DNA from: Tetramitus jugosus | Lineage: Eukaryota; Protista; Heterolobosea | Reading direction: 5' to 3' | Assembly (NCBI GenBank): GCA_937625935.1 | Contig: OW569385.1 | Location: forward strand, 1-64,000 | DNA length: 64,000 bases | Shown here: in pieces, positions 63,482 to 64,000 of the stretch | Position numbering within the stretch: the first letter of the stretch is position 1 | Layout of the letters: each line of letters opens with the position of its first letter | Program-made: the position numbers and the translations under genes | The notes under the pieces: generated by a model | Seen by the model: the letters and a program-made list of their open reading frames with translations, nothing else | What the model was told of the DNA's origin: nothing | Databases searched by the model: none

Positions 63482-63774
63482 CTTCTTGTTGTATTAATTT
63501 ACTATTTTAGGGGTATTGTAAATTTATCCAAAATTTTCAGTCTGTCGTCCTGGGCGAATGTCTTTCGACCTTAGGAGCCATCTATAAGTATCTGAGCAAA
63601 CACTGATGAGGTGTACTTACCACCGCTTAGGACTTATAAGATTTGTTACCACCATCATTAAAATTAAGATACGTTTAAAGCTACAATCTCGGCTCCAGAT
63701 GGCCTGAAAAACACTGCGCCACCATTAGAGAAAGTCGTACATAAACAGGAAATAATCAATAATCAACAAAGTCT

Positions 63775-64000
63775 TTACAATGTATCAAACAAACAAAGAG
63801 CCACCTTTGGGAGAGATGGTGTCACAGTGTATTCACCACTCTTCAAGTCCACTCTTGCAATATGAGATGTTGGTGGGGAATCAGTAGAAGAAACAGATGC
63901 ATAATAGATTCCGTTATTCAAGTCAATGTAAGCACCACCATTGACATTCTTTTTGCCAGTAAATGTCACAACAGATCTGGACACTGTTCCCGTGTTTCGG
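63775..64000 (-). CDS. 3' end of a gene extending beyond the window (beta-propeller-like)
   Basis: Open frame to the window edge; beta-rich sequence. Confidence 0.5.
   Translation of the reverse strand, partial: RNTGTVSRSVVTFTGKKNVNGGAYIDLNNGIYYASVSSTDSPPTSHIARVDLKSGEYTVTPSLPKVALCLFDTL

Noticed and set aside
63482-63760. A second retroelement or structured RNA upstream of tRNA-Phe
   Set aside because: Only short complementary patches; no TSD, poly(A) or ORF found.

Overview
Left end of a linear eukaryotic chromosome with a (CCCAAA)n / (TTTGGG)n telomere at 1-831, the standard genetic code and few introns. The gene families (RCC1-EGF-TM-kinase, GPS-7TM-RGS, F-box/LRR) suggest a heterolobosean (Naegleria-like) protist; this is an inference. 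The first 2.7 kb is a patchwork of fragments joined at short internal telomere tracts. From 2702 to about 15000 lies a gene-dense endogenous DNA virus that has lost its left end. It encodes an A32-type packaging ATPase cut by telomere repeats, a Polinton-type rve integrase, an NCLDV-style penton, a frameshifted double-jelly-roll major capsid protein, a phage-like fibre, a C2H2 plus PD-(D/E)xK nuclease and a stand-alone HUH (rolling-circle type) endonuclease. No pPolB is visible. It also carries three copies of a 175-210 bp origin-like non-coding repeat and a shared promoter-like motif upstream of most genes. The remainder is host DNA: surface and signalling genes (LamG protein, RCC1-EGF receptor kinase, MHYT-PAS-RGS, GAPVD1-like, GPS-7TM-RGS, G-alpha), RPB2, two CBM52-like secreted proteins, a degenerate helicase-dsRBD gene near a tandem pair of Zn-ribbon/polymerase-palm-like genes, and two tRNAs. 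A 1.3 kb ORF1-only non-LTR retroelement with poly(A) and a 15-bp TSD sits 43 bp upstream of tRNA-Arg, resembling Dictyostelium TRE5. All domain calls come from motif recognition by eye; no database searches were run.
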